DNA of 64,000 bases, from the NCBI RefSeq assembly GCF_009914755.1, contig NC_060927.1; one strand, given 5' to 3'. The position numbers and the translations under genes are program-made. Under the pieces are notes generated by a model. That model was not told the DNA's origin, made no database searches, and saw only the letters and a program-made list of their open reading frames with translations. The stretch comes from the human T2T-CHM13v2.0 reference genome, Homo sapiens. Of this stretch, positions 1 to 11,820 are shown in pieces. The number at the start of each line of letters is the position of its first letter. The first letter of the stretch is position 1.

Positions 1-629
1 AATTATTACTGGGGCTTCCTTTTGCTTCTAGATTATAGTAAAATCTAGGGAACTTAGTTGCAAAGTGGAGCCTCTTTAGCTTATAATATTGCAGCTGGCA
101 ATCCTCATGTTCCAAACCCCTGTTTCCTTGAGGCTTATGTGTCTCTCCTTTCATCCCCACATGGGAGTCCAGAGACCAGGTCCGCCTTTTTTAGAGAAGC
201 CATATAGCCATCTGCTCAGTGTTCTTGCTAATACTCTAGGCTTTGCCAGGGAATACATGTGACTTTCCCTGTTCTGGGGACCCTGCCTTGGGGGTAGTTC
301 TCTCCCTCAACTTGAACTTTTGTCATTTTCTTAAGTACACACGCACCCCACACACTTCTATTCTCCCCAGTGCCCTTGGGACATTGTTTAACTTCTATTT
401 TCTGCCCCCCACCAAACATAATGGAGGAAGAGAGCATAGAAAGGCTTGGCTACCATTCTGCAATGAAGACAGGGAAAAAGACCAAGAGAAAAATACAAAT
501 CATAATTTTAAAATTTTGCCATAAATAAAAGTTGAGATGCATTGATTATATTGATTACTTATATCAGGGTTATGCCTTATCAACAACCCAGTTAATCAAC
601 AAACCAGTTACATCAGGCCCATGCCTTAT

Positions 630-800
630 TAACAAACCAATCCTATGAGTTAAGTAACATTTCTCCCATTTTAAGATGTGGAAACTGAGACTTGAATAAG
701 TTGTATTACTCATCTCTGGGCATACTCCTCATTAGGTGGCATTCATGACAAGGACCCACGTACAGCAGACTCCAAATCCTGGGTCAGTAGCCACTACATC
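630..800 (-). mobile_element. MIR SINE fragment
   Basis: Antisense MIR core cccattttaagatgtggaaactgagac; boundaries approximate. Confidence 0.7.
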
Positions 801-899
801 ACTCTGCAGTGCCTGATCAGTGGGGAAGCTATAACTATGACATTCTCAGTAGAAGGCTTGCCAACCCCCAGAACTGTGCAGCCTTAGCAGACAGGGATA

Positions 900-1130
900 G
901 CACATTCGCATTTACCAAGCCTTTACCTTATGCCAGGTATTACGTTAGTCAGTTTGTAGATTCTGTCTTGCTTACTTTTTCCAGCATTAATATCATCCCT
1001 AACTTACAGATGAGGGTATGGAAGTTGAGTGAGGATATCGCCTGCCCCGTTATTTCAGATGGAGCCATGTCTCAAACCCTAATCCCTGTGACTCCTTAGT
1101 TCACACTCTATTCCACTCTCTTATGCCTTG
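900..1130 (-). mobile_element. MIR SINE
   Basis: tatgccaggtatt...atcatccctaacttacagatgagg resembles the antisense MIR consensus. Confidence 0.6.
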
Positions 1131-1929
1131 TAGAAGTCCTGTCACTGTGTGGCCCAAGGGGAAGTGATTGTCCCTTGTGATCTATGAGCGTCATAGCCAC
1201 CCCTTTTAAAAGTCTTGGGCCACAAGTTGGAAATTAACAAATCATTCCATCCATAAAGGGAAAATGGAAAGTGCTTCACATGATACGTGAAGATTGAGTA
1301 TGATCCAAACCTAAAGAAAATACTGATGGAAATCTTATTCATAATAATTTCTCTCCATTTCTTGTAAACCTCCATTATATCCCAGTTTCATGAAGTAATT
1401 GCAGGGTGTCAAACTTGAACAGCTTAAAGTTATATAATTAATTGCATTCAGCTTCAGTTACAATTACTAATTGATCCAAGCCTGCCAGCATAGCACCTGG
1501 CAGCAGTCAGGAACACAACAGCGGTTGCAGGCAGGTGGTTGCAATAATTAGGTTACTACTTTTTTTCCCCCTTCAAGTACCAGGTGGTCCAAACCCCAGG
1601 GTCAAGCAGACTGTATTTGGCCCAAGGGTACCGTTTCTGACATCTGAGTTCTTTTGAAGAAACTAAGTGCAGTGGCAGAATATACTAGCCCGGAACATGG
1701 TAAAAAAGCACAAGCACCAAACTGGGCTTACTGCAGCAGAATCAGGGAAGAGGATCCAGCATCCCAAATAAGGTCTGGAGAAAGGGACAGACTCTTAAAC
1801 CAGCAGTCAGGATATTTCTGAGATTTTGGCTTTCAGGCTAGCCCTTCTAACTAGGTATCTGGGAAATAAGAAGGAATGAGGATCCAAAAGCAGGCATGCA
1901 ATCTGAGTTTGTAAGCAACGCTGCCTGGT

Positions 1930-2175
1930 AGTCATAAGCATCAGACTGGAAATCAGGTAGATGTTCTTGTTTGTCTGCTTGGTTGTTTTATTTTCTCCTG
2001 GGTCTGCTTCTTATTAAGTGAGATTTTAGGCAAACTACATGACTTTGCTAGGCCTCAGTTTCCTCATCTGCAAAATAGGAACAGATACTGTGGCTGCTGT
2101 GCCCACTAAATGAGTAAATGCATAAACATTGCTCAGCACATATCTGTTGGGCAATAAAATGATCCATTAATGTTA
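1930..2175 (+). mobile_element. MIR SINE
   Basis: Core gcctcagtttcctcatctgcaaaatagg. Confidence 0.8.
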
Positions 2176-2299
2176 ACCTGTTTTATCTGTATTGTATCTA
2201 GAAGGGAAAACAGTTCAGTGACCTACATTTTGAATTGGGTATTTAACAATGAATATAACTTCAAAATGATGAACAGCATCATTTTCATCTTTATAATAT

Positions 2300-2535
2300 T
2301 AATAATAACTATAATTTACTGAGTATGTGTTCTGTGCCAGGGAAAATAATAAGTCTTGTACTAGCTTTAATTAATGCCATCCTTATCTTTAATGTTGATA
2401 TTAATATCCCTATTTTATAGATGAAAAACTGAGGCACAAAGAGGTTATGTTACTTCTCTGAGAGGAAATGAGGAAGATGAGTTAGAACTCAGATATCCTA
2501 ATTCTGTCGCCAATAACCACTGTGCTTTACTGCCT
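2300..2535 (-). mobile_element. MIR SINE
   Basis: Core ctattttatagatgaaaaactgaggcacaaagaggtta. Confidence 0.8.
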
Positions 2536-3210
2536 TTATAAGCCCTGGGGAAAATGTTCTCAGGTTCTTTCTGACAATATTAACAAACTTTTATATTTTA
2601 ATGCCAGATTATCCTAGCCCAGCTCTTGTATTTTAGTTCAGATTGACTTAAACAATAGCCATGATATAGAAAACATGTTTGGAGCATATTCAGAAAGCTG
2701 GGAAAGCTATTATTATTATTTGTTACATTTATTTTTTATTTCATTGCTTTTCTCTATTTTTGTTTGCTGTCTTTGTGCTTACAACATGCTCTTGAGCATC
2801 CTGTAGAAATTCATGCTGAGGTCAATGTTAAGTGGCAGGTAGGAAACTTTTATAGGTTCATGATCTTAAATCAGAAAGCAGAACATTGCCAAGAGATATT
2901 AAAAATAATTGCAATGAAGATGATCACAGCTCTATCAAGAACATCTGATAAGTAAGCTTGTTATTTACTGGAAACTCATTTCTCCCAACTGCTGTAAAGA
3001 GGAGGAGAAAAAGCCTTGCCTTTCTTGGAAGGCACAGGAGCAAACAGGAAAAAAAATACAGTTTTATTTTTAAACAGTTTTGAGTCTTTTCTGGAGATGT
3101 TTTCTAATCAATAGAAAAGACTAAGAAATCTTATGGTCTCATCTCCCAGGTTTTATGTTTCCCATTTATTTAACCAAGATAATAAAAACTCATATGTGGT
3201 CTCTTTAGTC

Positions 3211-3320
3211 ATTTCCAAATAGGGCTGGCTTCTTCAGTTTATCTCCAAATAGGGCTGGCTTCTTCAGTTTATCTCCAAATAGGGCTGGCTTCTTCAGTTT
3301 ATCTCCAAATAGCTCTGGCT
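3211..3320. repeat. 30-bp minisatellite, about 3.7 copies (ATCTCCAAATAGGGCTGGCTTCTTCAGTTT)
   Basis: Directly visible head-to-tail copies; copies 2 and 3 identical, copy 1 has one mismatch, copy 4 partial. Confidence 0.97.
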
Positions 3321-4554
3321 ACAAATTTCATTTCAGAACTGTTGTTAGCATTATCAACTGCTAGGTGGATAGACAGATATCACCTTTGGCTTTATTATTA
3401 ACAAAAATAAGTCTACTTGGTTTGAAGGATTTGAGTTATAATAATGAAAAACTGTGTCTTGTTTTTTGGCTTATGAGGAAAAGCTGTGAGGTCTGGCCAA
3501 CTTTCACATTTGAGTCCCTTTACTCTCAATCTATTCCCTCAGTCTTGGATTTAACAAGTTCCAGAGATCAATAGCTTTCTCTTAGAATGAGCGGAAATTA
3601 AAATCTGTGATGAGGCTTCACCCAACCCCCTTACAAAATCTGCCCCTGGAAAGCAACCCAAATATTGAGGCCCAATCCAATGGCTCTGCTTGCCTTTTAT
3701 TCGCCTGACAGTCCCAGATTGAGAGGAAATGGCCTTCAGATTTTGGCAAATCTTTTACACTGGCATTCATATTGCTGAAATTTCTCAGCCACATTTCCGA
3801 TTCAGAAGTGCCTCCCCACTCTGTGATGTGGGTCCAGGCAGCTAGCTTCCCAGCAAGCTTTGAGAATCCCTACTTTCTTATCCATAACTCTGCAAGCAAT
3901 GAATGTGTGCAGCATACGGTATAGTGAAAGGGCATTGCAGGTAGGGGCTGGTTTCAAATTCAACTTGTAAGGTGTAAGTTGTATGACTTGCTCATGAAGC
4001 TGATATACATTTCTCTTTATTGAATCTTGATGACATAGATACTAGATACATTGTGGCCATTTTTCGTGTCAGCTTGGAGATGGCTATGAGGTCTCATCAA
4101 TCAAAAAGTCTTACCCAGTCAAGTTTTCAGGGTTAGGAAACATTAGTCTTTATTCAGCTGAATATAAGGTATAGTCATTGGCTAGAATAGAGGGCCATGA
4201 CCTGTGCAGAATACATCATTAAATGCTAGAGTTGTACTCTGAGATGAGAAGGCCTCACTTTGTGATGACCTTAACATTTTTTGGATCCTTTGCCATTTGC
4301 ATATTACTTCTTTCTTTTACAAATATATGCCCTTGATTTCATGTAATTTAATTGAAATAAATGCAAGCTACAGCATCATATATGTATTTTGTGATGGAGG
4401 GCATTTTGCATATACTGAAATAAAGAGAAATTCTTGTAGTTTGAATGGGGAATATCTGCACCTCATATCAAAGTTAGACAAAGAAGATGGTGACTGAAGG
4501 AAGAAATGAAATCCCAAATGCTGGGGAAGGGCATGGCTTTTGTTCAATCTCCTG

Positions 4555-4700
4555 TTCATTCAATCTGCAATTACTGAATGCCAACCACATTACAAGCATT
4601 GTTCAATTTGCTGGGGGCTGAGATGAGAAGGGTATGAATTTTAGTTTCGAAGAGCTCACAGTCTTGTCTTGAGAAAGAAAGGTTTGACAGACAGCAGGAA
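4555..4700 (-). mobile_element. L2 LINE 3' fragment
   Basis: ttcattcaat...ttactgaatgcc...gagctcacagtct resembles the antisense L2 3' end. Confidence 0.55.
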
Positions 4701-5024
4701 AGCCATGTGACTTGAAAGAACATGGGGAGGACTGGATAGAAGATGATAGCACACCACCTGCAGGGGTGAGGAGCCCCATTCTGAGATCAGGAGAGCTGAT
4801 TCAAATCCCCTCATCGCCTGATTAGCAGTGAAATCCTATGCAAAATGCCTGAGTTGTTTCTTTATGTGAAAATGAGGCAGCTGGACCATGAGCCTATTAA
4901 AATTCCGCAAATTGTGCTCCTTGAAAAAAATAGTTCTTCGTGGTATTAACGGGAGACTTTGAGAGGCAAAACATGCCAGAACGTCTGTGGTCAAACAATT
5001 TAAGAAATTATTAGCAACACTTTC

Positions 5025-5606
5025 TGTAATTGAGTATCCCCATTTTTCTAAGAAAAGAGAATGAATTACTATTTTTTAAATTATTTTTTCTTCTTTTCTC
5101 TTCTCCACTTCCCCCTGCTCCCCCCTTCCTACTTAGTTTTTTAGAGATGCAAATAATAGCCTTTTACTTCCTCTTCACTGGACACTTCCTACAGGGCAAA
5201 TTCCAGAACAGAACTCTCAACCACCAGGAGGTTGCCTCAAGAGATAACAGTTGACTTACAACCTAAAGTATGCCCACTACAAACTTTCTCCCACCTGGAA
5301 AGTTTTTGGCCACCATTAAAACCTATTTATGCCCACGAAGACATCAGCTCAGCTGCTCAGTAGATAAGGCACCAAACTAGCACATGGACCACCCCCACCT
5401 GCTCATTTCTATCACTATATAGTCACCCCTTTTAAAAGCATCCTCTTTCTGCTGCAAAATCGAAGCAGTCTTCTTAAGGGAAGAAGGCTGTACTTCTTCC
5501 CCTTAGCTAGCTTTGGAATAAAAAGTCACTTTTCTTTATACCAGACCTGGCTCTTGTTAATTGGACTCTGCAAGCATCAAGTGACCAAACCTGTGTTTAG
5601 ATTACA
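5025..5606 (+). mobile_element. ERV1-class solo LTR (LTR38-like, subfamily tentative)
   Basis: TGTAAT...ATTACA termini, perfect 4-bp TSD TTTC (5021-5024 / 5607-5610), AATAAA near 5517, and an ERV1-type U5 end (cttgttaattggactctgcaagc). Confidence 0.85.
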
Positions 5607-5775
5607 TTTCCTCTAATAGGCAGACTGAATAAGTGTATAGTAGAAATGGAAAGCTCTTGGGCTTCTGCAAGGTCAGTGGTATGATCTTTACTTTATAGTG
5701 AGGGAAACTGTGACTGGAATAAATGAAGTAACTTGCCAGATAGCTAAGACAGCTAATTGTAGGGCCTCATAGAGC

Positions 5776-6001
5776 AGGAGTAAGTGTACATTTTTTATAA
5801 AGGGACCAATAGTAAATATTTAAGGTTTTGTTGGCCATATATTCTTTGTTCTGTTGCAGCCACTCAACTCTGCAATGTAATATGAAAGAAGCCATAGATT
5901 ATATTGTAAATGATGGACGTGGCTGTGTTTCAATAAAACTTTATTTGCAGAATCCGGCAGTGACTGGCTTTAGCAAGAGGGCCTTAGTGTGCCAACTCTT
6001 A
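5776..6001 (-). mobile_element. MER58A (hAT-Charlie MITE)
   Basis: aaagggaccaatagtaaatattt...cactcaactctgc...ggctgtgtttcaataaaactttattt matches the MER58A consensus. Confidence 0.85.
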
Positions 6002-6004
6002 TAG

Positions 6005-6240
6005 TAGAGCATAATGGGCTTTGGAGTCAAACCGCCCAGAAGATAATATCCCCAGATATGTCTTTTTCTGGCTAAGTGACTCTACAGAAGATATTTAATC
6101 TCCCTATTCATCAGTTTCACATCTATAATGTGGGCATAATAATAGTATCCACCTCAGAGTTGTGAGAATTAAGTGTAACATCTCCAAAACAATTATAATA
6201 GCACCTAGCACTTAATCAATTCTTGTTTCATTAGCCATTT
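6005..6240 (+). mobile_element. MIR SINE
   Basis: gggctttggagtcaaac...catctataatgtgggcataataatagtatccacctcagagttgtgagaattaa. Confidence 0.75.
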
Positions 6241-6916
6241 TTGGTAATAGTCAGCAATTAATCAATTTCCCTACCGTCACATAGTTATTAAAAAGTGGGG
6301 ACAGGATTTCCATTCAGAGGGTCAGGGTCTGGAGCCTGTGCTTTTATCTGAACTCGACCTCCAATGCCCTCTCAGAGCTGGAGGAGAAAGGGTTTAGGTC
6401 AGGTCTGGCTAACCGCAGAGCCCATGCTGCCTTGCCACAACTGGCCTTTCTGACCATACACTCAATGGATAATGGTCCACACACTCAATGATCACAGCGT
6501 GTAGATTTCAAGTGGGTCAAAATGCAAATACCCAGGGCGTTAAGTGTGTGGGTCACTATCCATTTAGATCCACATCTTAAAAGAAATCAGGACCATGCCT
6601 TTAATTGCTTTTGTTTGAAACTCTTCATAACTATATTTACTATACATATATGTAATGTTATGATAATACTTTGACGTCAACACAATCTAAGTTAGGAAGC
6701 TACAAAAACAATGTTTACCTCTATCCCAAGGACATAAATTTTCCCATAGAAGGTATAACGCTATGATATGCTGGACCAAAAAAATTAGGCTTATGATTAG
6801 GGATACTCACTATATGTAAATCTGTACTTAATCCTAAATTTTCTAGTTTGGAATTTCATCTGTGTACTTAACCTCCATTTCTACCACTGGATTTATGTTC
6901 TATTTTAAGAGGGTAC

Positions 6917-7062
6917 AGTGGGGGTTCTCAAAGAGTAGTCTCCAAACTGGCAGTATCAGTGTCTCTTGAAAATGATAAGAGATGTTAGACCTTGGGCCCC
7001 ACCTCGGACCTGCTCGATTAGAAACTCTAGGGCCCAGAATTTGGTGATGGAACCCAGCAATG
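6917..7062 (+). mobile_element. MER5A fragment (hAT-Charlie)
   Basis: ggttctcaaagagtagtc...gggccccacctcggacctgctcgattagaaactct. Confidence 0.7.
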
Positions 7063-7445
7063 TAGGAGCTGTGTAAATCATTTTATAATATTTCTATCAC
7101 TTGTATACCACCTTACATTTTTCCAAAATACTTAAAAATATAATTCATTTTCAGCTTCAAAATAATCTTTAAGGTAGGCAGGATAGTAGGATGGAAATAA
7201 ATGTTTGCTTATATCATTTTGCTAGTGAGAAAACTAGACAAGCATAGATCTTGATAGCAAAGCTAAGATTTCAGACTCAAACCCCATTTTGTTATTATTT
7301 TGAGTTCATATTTTTCCTCAAGCTGGGCCTTGTTTACTTATATTTAGTCTTATTGGCATGGAGACTTGATCATTTCTCCTTGATTAGTGTTCCCTGGTAC
7401 CTTTTGGGTTTTACCTTCAGATTCATAATTATTAATTTTCTAGAC

Positions 7446-7650
7446 CATGGGTCAGCAAAACTGGCCCACCACCAGTTTTTGCAAACTTTTTTTTGAAACA
7501 CAGCCATGCTCATTTCTTTTTTATCAGCTGTGAGTGGCTGCTTTTACACTACAGCAGCAGAGCTGAAGAGTTGCAACAGAGGTTGTAGAGCCTACAGGTC
7601 ACAAGTTCTCTACTCTTTGGCTCTTTATAGAAAACATTTGCCAATTGCTG
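7446..7650 (+). mobile_element. MER58A (hAT-Charlie MITE)
   Basis: catgggtcagcaaa...aaacacagccatgctcatt...gagttgcaacagag...tttgccaattgctg; hAT-type flank ttctagac. Confidence 0.85.
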
Positions 7651-7784
7651 GCCTAGAAGCAATAGATTTCTCACATAAAGCCTGATAATAAATAGCAGAA
7701 GAGGGCCATTCAGTTTCCTAACTTTGACTTCAGGATCAAAGGTTCCTCAACTCTTCTTTGCATGTATTTCTCAGTGGTCTAGAC

Positions 7785-8094
7785 CAGTGGTACTCAACTT
7801 TTTAGCACCAGGGACTGGTTTTGTAGAAGAAAATTTTTCCACAGATGGGGTTGGGGGATGGTTTCAGGATGAAACTGTTCCACTTCAGATCATCAGGCAT
7901 TAGTTAGATTCTCATAAAGAGTGTGCAGCCTTGATTGCTCACATGCACAGTTCACAATAGGGTTCAGGCTCCTATAAGAATGTAATGCGCGGCTGATCTG
8001 ACATGAGGCAGAGCTCAGGCAGTCATGCTTACTTGCCTGCCGCTCACCTCCATGGACCAGTGCCTGTCTATGGCCCAGGGGTTGGGGACCCCTG
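7785..8094 (+). mobile_element. MER1B (hAT-Charlie)
   Basis: gcaccagggactggttttgtagaag...gatcatcaggcattagttagattctcataa...ggttggggacccctg; 8-bp TSD gtctagac / gtctggac. Confidence 0.92.
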
Positions 8095-9109
8095 GTCTGG
8101 ACCACTCTGCTCATTAAGACTATAATTTTTTCTACCATAACTGGTAAAACTAAGTTTACTCTCTCTCTCCTTCCCCTATGGCTCAATAGTGTGGACTTTA
8201 TTTTGACTATTAAAGTATCTCAATTAAGTATTTTCTGGGAGTCCATTAACTGTGTGTTTGCCAGTCTGACATAATAAAATTCTGAAAACACTCCAAGTGA
8301 AATATTTTAAGCCCAGACAAGAGGCAGAAAAGCAAATACAATATACTCTTGCCTCTCTGATTATGTTATCTGAAAAACCTAAAGTGCTTTCTAGTGCACT
8401 CTATGTCCAGACTCAGAATGAGGAATGACAAAATTTTTAGATAAATTGGTTTGTGAAATATTTATGTGCACTTTAGTGGCATAGACAGGAGGTAATCTGT
8501 TTTGTATTGAATCAGCTTGGGACAGAAAAAAAAGCACAATGTTAATGAGATTTTTTAAAACCACTTTTAAATTCATGTTGGCAAAAGACAAATAGTCAAG
8601 ACTTTTAATTTCTATAAACTTAACGACTAGAGAACAAATAAAGCTTTATTAACTTAAATAAAAGTAAGTAGCTTTTCTTTCAAGAGCATAACAATTTATT
8701 TTTCTTTCTACGTAATCTTCTGAAGGACTACTCTTTTCTACATATTAATCATCCTTTTCCAGTGTGTTAGTTTGATTTTAACTAAGTACTGACGATGGTG
8801 AAAAATCACAGGGTGACTCCAGCTTAGTACACTGGGTTAAGCCTGTGGTCTGGGAGTTAGCCAACATTATTTCCCTATAAGATATGCAATGTCCTTGCTG
8901 TATTACCTTTGGCCAATACTTGCTGTCTCCATTTCATCCACTGGTTCCACCCATATGTAGACATTAAACTGATTTTAGTGTCTGATGAAGTTGATGCTGC
9001 ACTTTGAATGTGTTAGTTATTCTAGAAAAGTAGAGTAAAGGCTGAGTCCACCCTTAAGTCAAGACTTCAACCTTCGATTTCATTGATCTTCCCAAACGAC
9101 GGTCAGATA

Positions 9110-9330
9110 TGTTTGTGCTCCCATAGTGTTATGATGCTCCCATAGTCTTTTATACTTATTTATCTCTATCATGGCATAATTCACCCTGGACTGAAATTAC
9201 TAGCTGTTTTGTTTGTATTCCCTTTTAAACTATGACATTTTTAAGGGTAGAAGCTGGATTTTGTTCATTACAGTATCCTAAGTACCTGGTTTGCCATCAG
9301 TACTAAATAACTTTCTGATGGATGAACTAA
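9110..9330 (+). mobile_element. L2 LINE 3' end
   Basis: tgctcccatag...aactatgacatttttaagggtagaag...ttttgttcatt resembles the L2 3' end. Confidence 0.6.
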
Positions 9331-9720
9331 TTAAAGAGACTTAATTTTTAACTAATAAACTGGAAGATCTACTAGAAGGATGGGAAGGAGCATGTAAGTA
9401 GACCGTGTAACCAGTCAAACTCTGCCAGGGAACTTGCTAAGGAACACACTTCCAGGACAAAAAGAAACTAAATCCCATCTAGACTTTTGCAGTTTAAACT
9501 CTTAGGTCTATAAATTGTGTAATCTCTTCAAAATTTTCTGAGCTGATCCTATATCCCAGTCTTCCCATTTGTGCAAAAACCCTCTTTCTGCTGACCACTG
9601 GCAAAATGCTTTAGCTTGGATTGCTGAATGTGTTTTTTAACAGATATGCTAATCTCAGGAATGATGCATTTCAGCTCTAGCATCATTAAAATAATATCCC
9701 ATTGCCATTCTGCAGTTCAC

Positions 9721-9733
9721 TGCTGAGTCAGCA
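9721..9733. promoter_or_regulatory. Perfect T-MARE (TGCTGAGTCAGCA); Maf/NF-E2/NRF2/BACH/AP-1 type site
   Basis: Exact match to the Maf recognition element TGCTGA(G/C)TCAGCA in apparently unique sequence; motif only, function untested. Confidence 0.5.
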
Positions 9734-10190
9734 CGTTTATTACAATCTCTCTCTTCCCAGGTTCCTAATTTGGCCATAAAAATTCACTCAGAGTAGAAAC
9801 TTCACATAGGTCTTGCCTCTGAATGGTATTTTTTCAAACAGAATCTCAAAGTAAGCTGTTTAATGTACATGAACTATTGTGGAATTCACACACACTCAAG
9901 TAGAATTCTGAAAAGGGCCTTTAAGGTGTTGTAACTTATGCTATCACCTGAAATACTGACACTTCATAGTGGTGTCATCAGGCAAGTTTTGAATAAATCC
10001 TTTTTGTACCCCTTGGGTAATTGCCCTGGGTATGTTCTGTAGAATATTCCCAGTTTTTGTAAACTCGACAAATTTTCATTTTTGCAGAATCTTTTCTTTT
10101 TCATTGCATTCTCCCTCCCATTTTTTATGCACCTTTGCTTTTACCCAGCTTTTGCCTCATGATCTCATCTACCACATTTGTTCCTTTTGC

Positions 10191-10194
<4 letters not shown>

Positions 10195-10230
<36 letters not shown>
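10195..10230. repeat. (TG)18 microsatellite
   Basis: Direct read. Confidence 0.98.
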
Positions 10231-10232
<2 letters not shown>

Positions 10233-11059
10233 AGGTAGTTACACGGGGAAGTTAAAATCTAGTTCTTAGGGTTAGCTCTCAAGTTTTCACATATGATTAC
10301 CCACTTTGTGGATTATCTATGATGTATTTTTCCTGCAATTCTACTTTCCCAATCCACTTGGAATGTAACTGAATTTATTCCTTTCTCTCATTCCAATACA
10401 CATTTAGTGGCTGTATAAACACCTCTGCATATCCTCTGAGATGTATCATTTTAAGAATGTATTTCCCCCACCCCAACTCCCTAAAATATATTTAAAGCCA
10501 ATTACTTAAATGCTGTTATGTATATGCCTATATTTGAAGTCCATGAATCCTCTTCCTTCTATGTTGTGAATGAACAAAGAATAGCTGTTCATACATGAAC
10601 TCTTTGCACAGTTGTTTAAGAAGGATAAAGTTCAGGCCAAGGGACAGCAACCCAAAAGAGAATCTGAAAATAAATGATAGCTCAGAAGTCCATGATGTTT
10701 TGTGCATGGAGAACTATCGACTGCTGGAATTTTAGAATCTCACCTTCTATCTGATGAGTGACTCTCTGTATCAACATCTCTAACAATGAAAAATGTTAGT
10801 AAATTTGCAGCAATCTCTGTGGCATAAGGTGGGAACTCCCAAAACCTTTTCTTTCACCAGCAAAACTGCCTAATAAGCAACTCCCATGCACACAGATTCT
10901 GTCCCCTCCCAATTCTGTCTGAAGCCCTATATTTAGAGAAAGATTTCTTAGGGTTACACTTTGGTTTTAATTTGTCTCAGGAGAAATAATTGTCTAACAT
11001 AGCCACCCAGCTTTTGAATATGAAGTATATAGAAGCAGCTAAAATAATAAGCTTAGATA

Positions 11060-11820
11060 ATTTAATTCATTCCAGAACATTTGCTACATACCAGCTATTT
11101 TGCTCTACTCTGCAGATATAAAAGGCAAAGAAGGTATGGCTTCTACTCTCAAATTGCCTAAAGTCTGTGTTGAAAAGCATAATTAACTAGCATCCTAGAG
11201 TGGAATTTAGTATTAAGGCAAAGCCTGTTTATTTAACAAATATTTATTCATCAAGTGCTTTCTGTGTGCCAGGCACATTTCTAAGGCTGTGGGAATACAG
11301 TGATGAACTAAACAGACAAAACCCTCCCCTCTTGTCTAAAAGGAAAGATGGACAATACATGAGTAATTAAGCTTAGAAGGCAAGTGGCTTCGTTTTGCTC
11401 ACTGCTATATCCCCAGCATCTACTGCAGTGCCTGGCACATAGTATGCACTCAAATATTTAGGAATGTGAATCAAATTAATTAGTACAATATTTCCATATT
11501 TTAAATGGTCATGGAGGACTGAGAAGGGAATAGTTCATTCTGGCTACAAGAGCTAGAAAACTCCAGCCCAACCTTGAACGGTCTATAGGAAATGGAAAAG
11601 TGATGTGAGTAGACATAGCAATGCCAGATAGAAGATAGAAAATTCTGCGCAAAGTCATAGAGGTATGAAAGAGCATAGCACTTGCCAATACTGAAATTCA
11701 GTGTGGCCAGAGATCGGAGACTGAACAAGTAGGCTGAAACGTCATTGTTAAGGTCTTATTTGCAGGGACAAGATTTTGCTATCCTATGGACAATGGGGAT
11801 ACCTAAAAGTTTTAATCGTA
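11060..11820. mobile_element. L2 cluster: minus-strand pieces (~11060-11200, ~11228-11370, ~11500-11820) and a plus-strand 3' end (~11370-11470)
   Basis: aacaaatatttatt...tgtgccaggcac (antisense tail) and cagtgcctggcacatagtatgcactcaaatattt (sense tail). Confidence 0.75.

Noticed and set aside
3211-3320. 30-bp repeats as a CRISPR array
   Set aside because: Copies are contiguous with no spacers, there are no cas genes, and the DNA is primate
5776-7650. Inverted MER58A pair as a composite transposon
   Set aside because: Each copy has its own termini and different flanks, consistent with independent insertions
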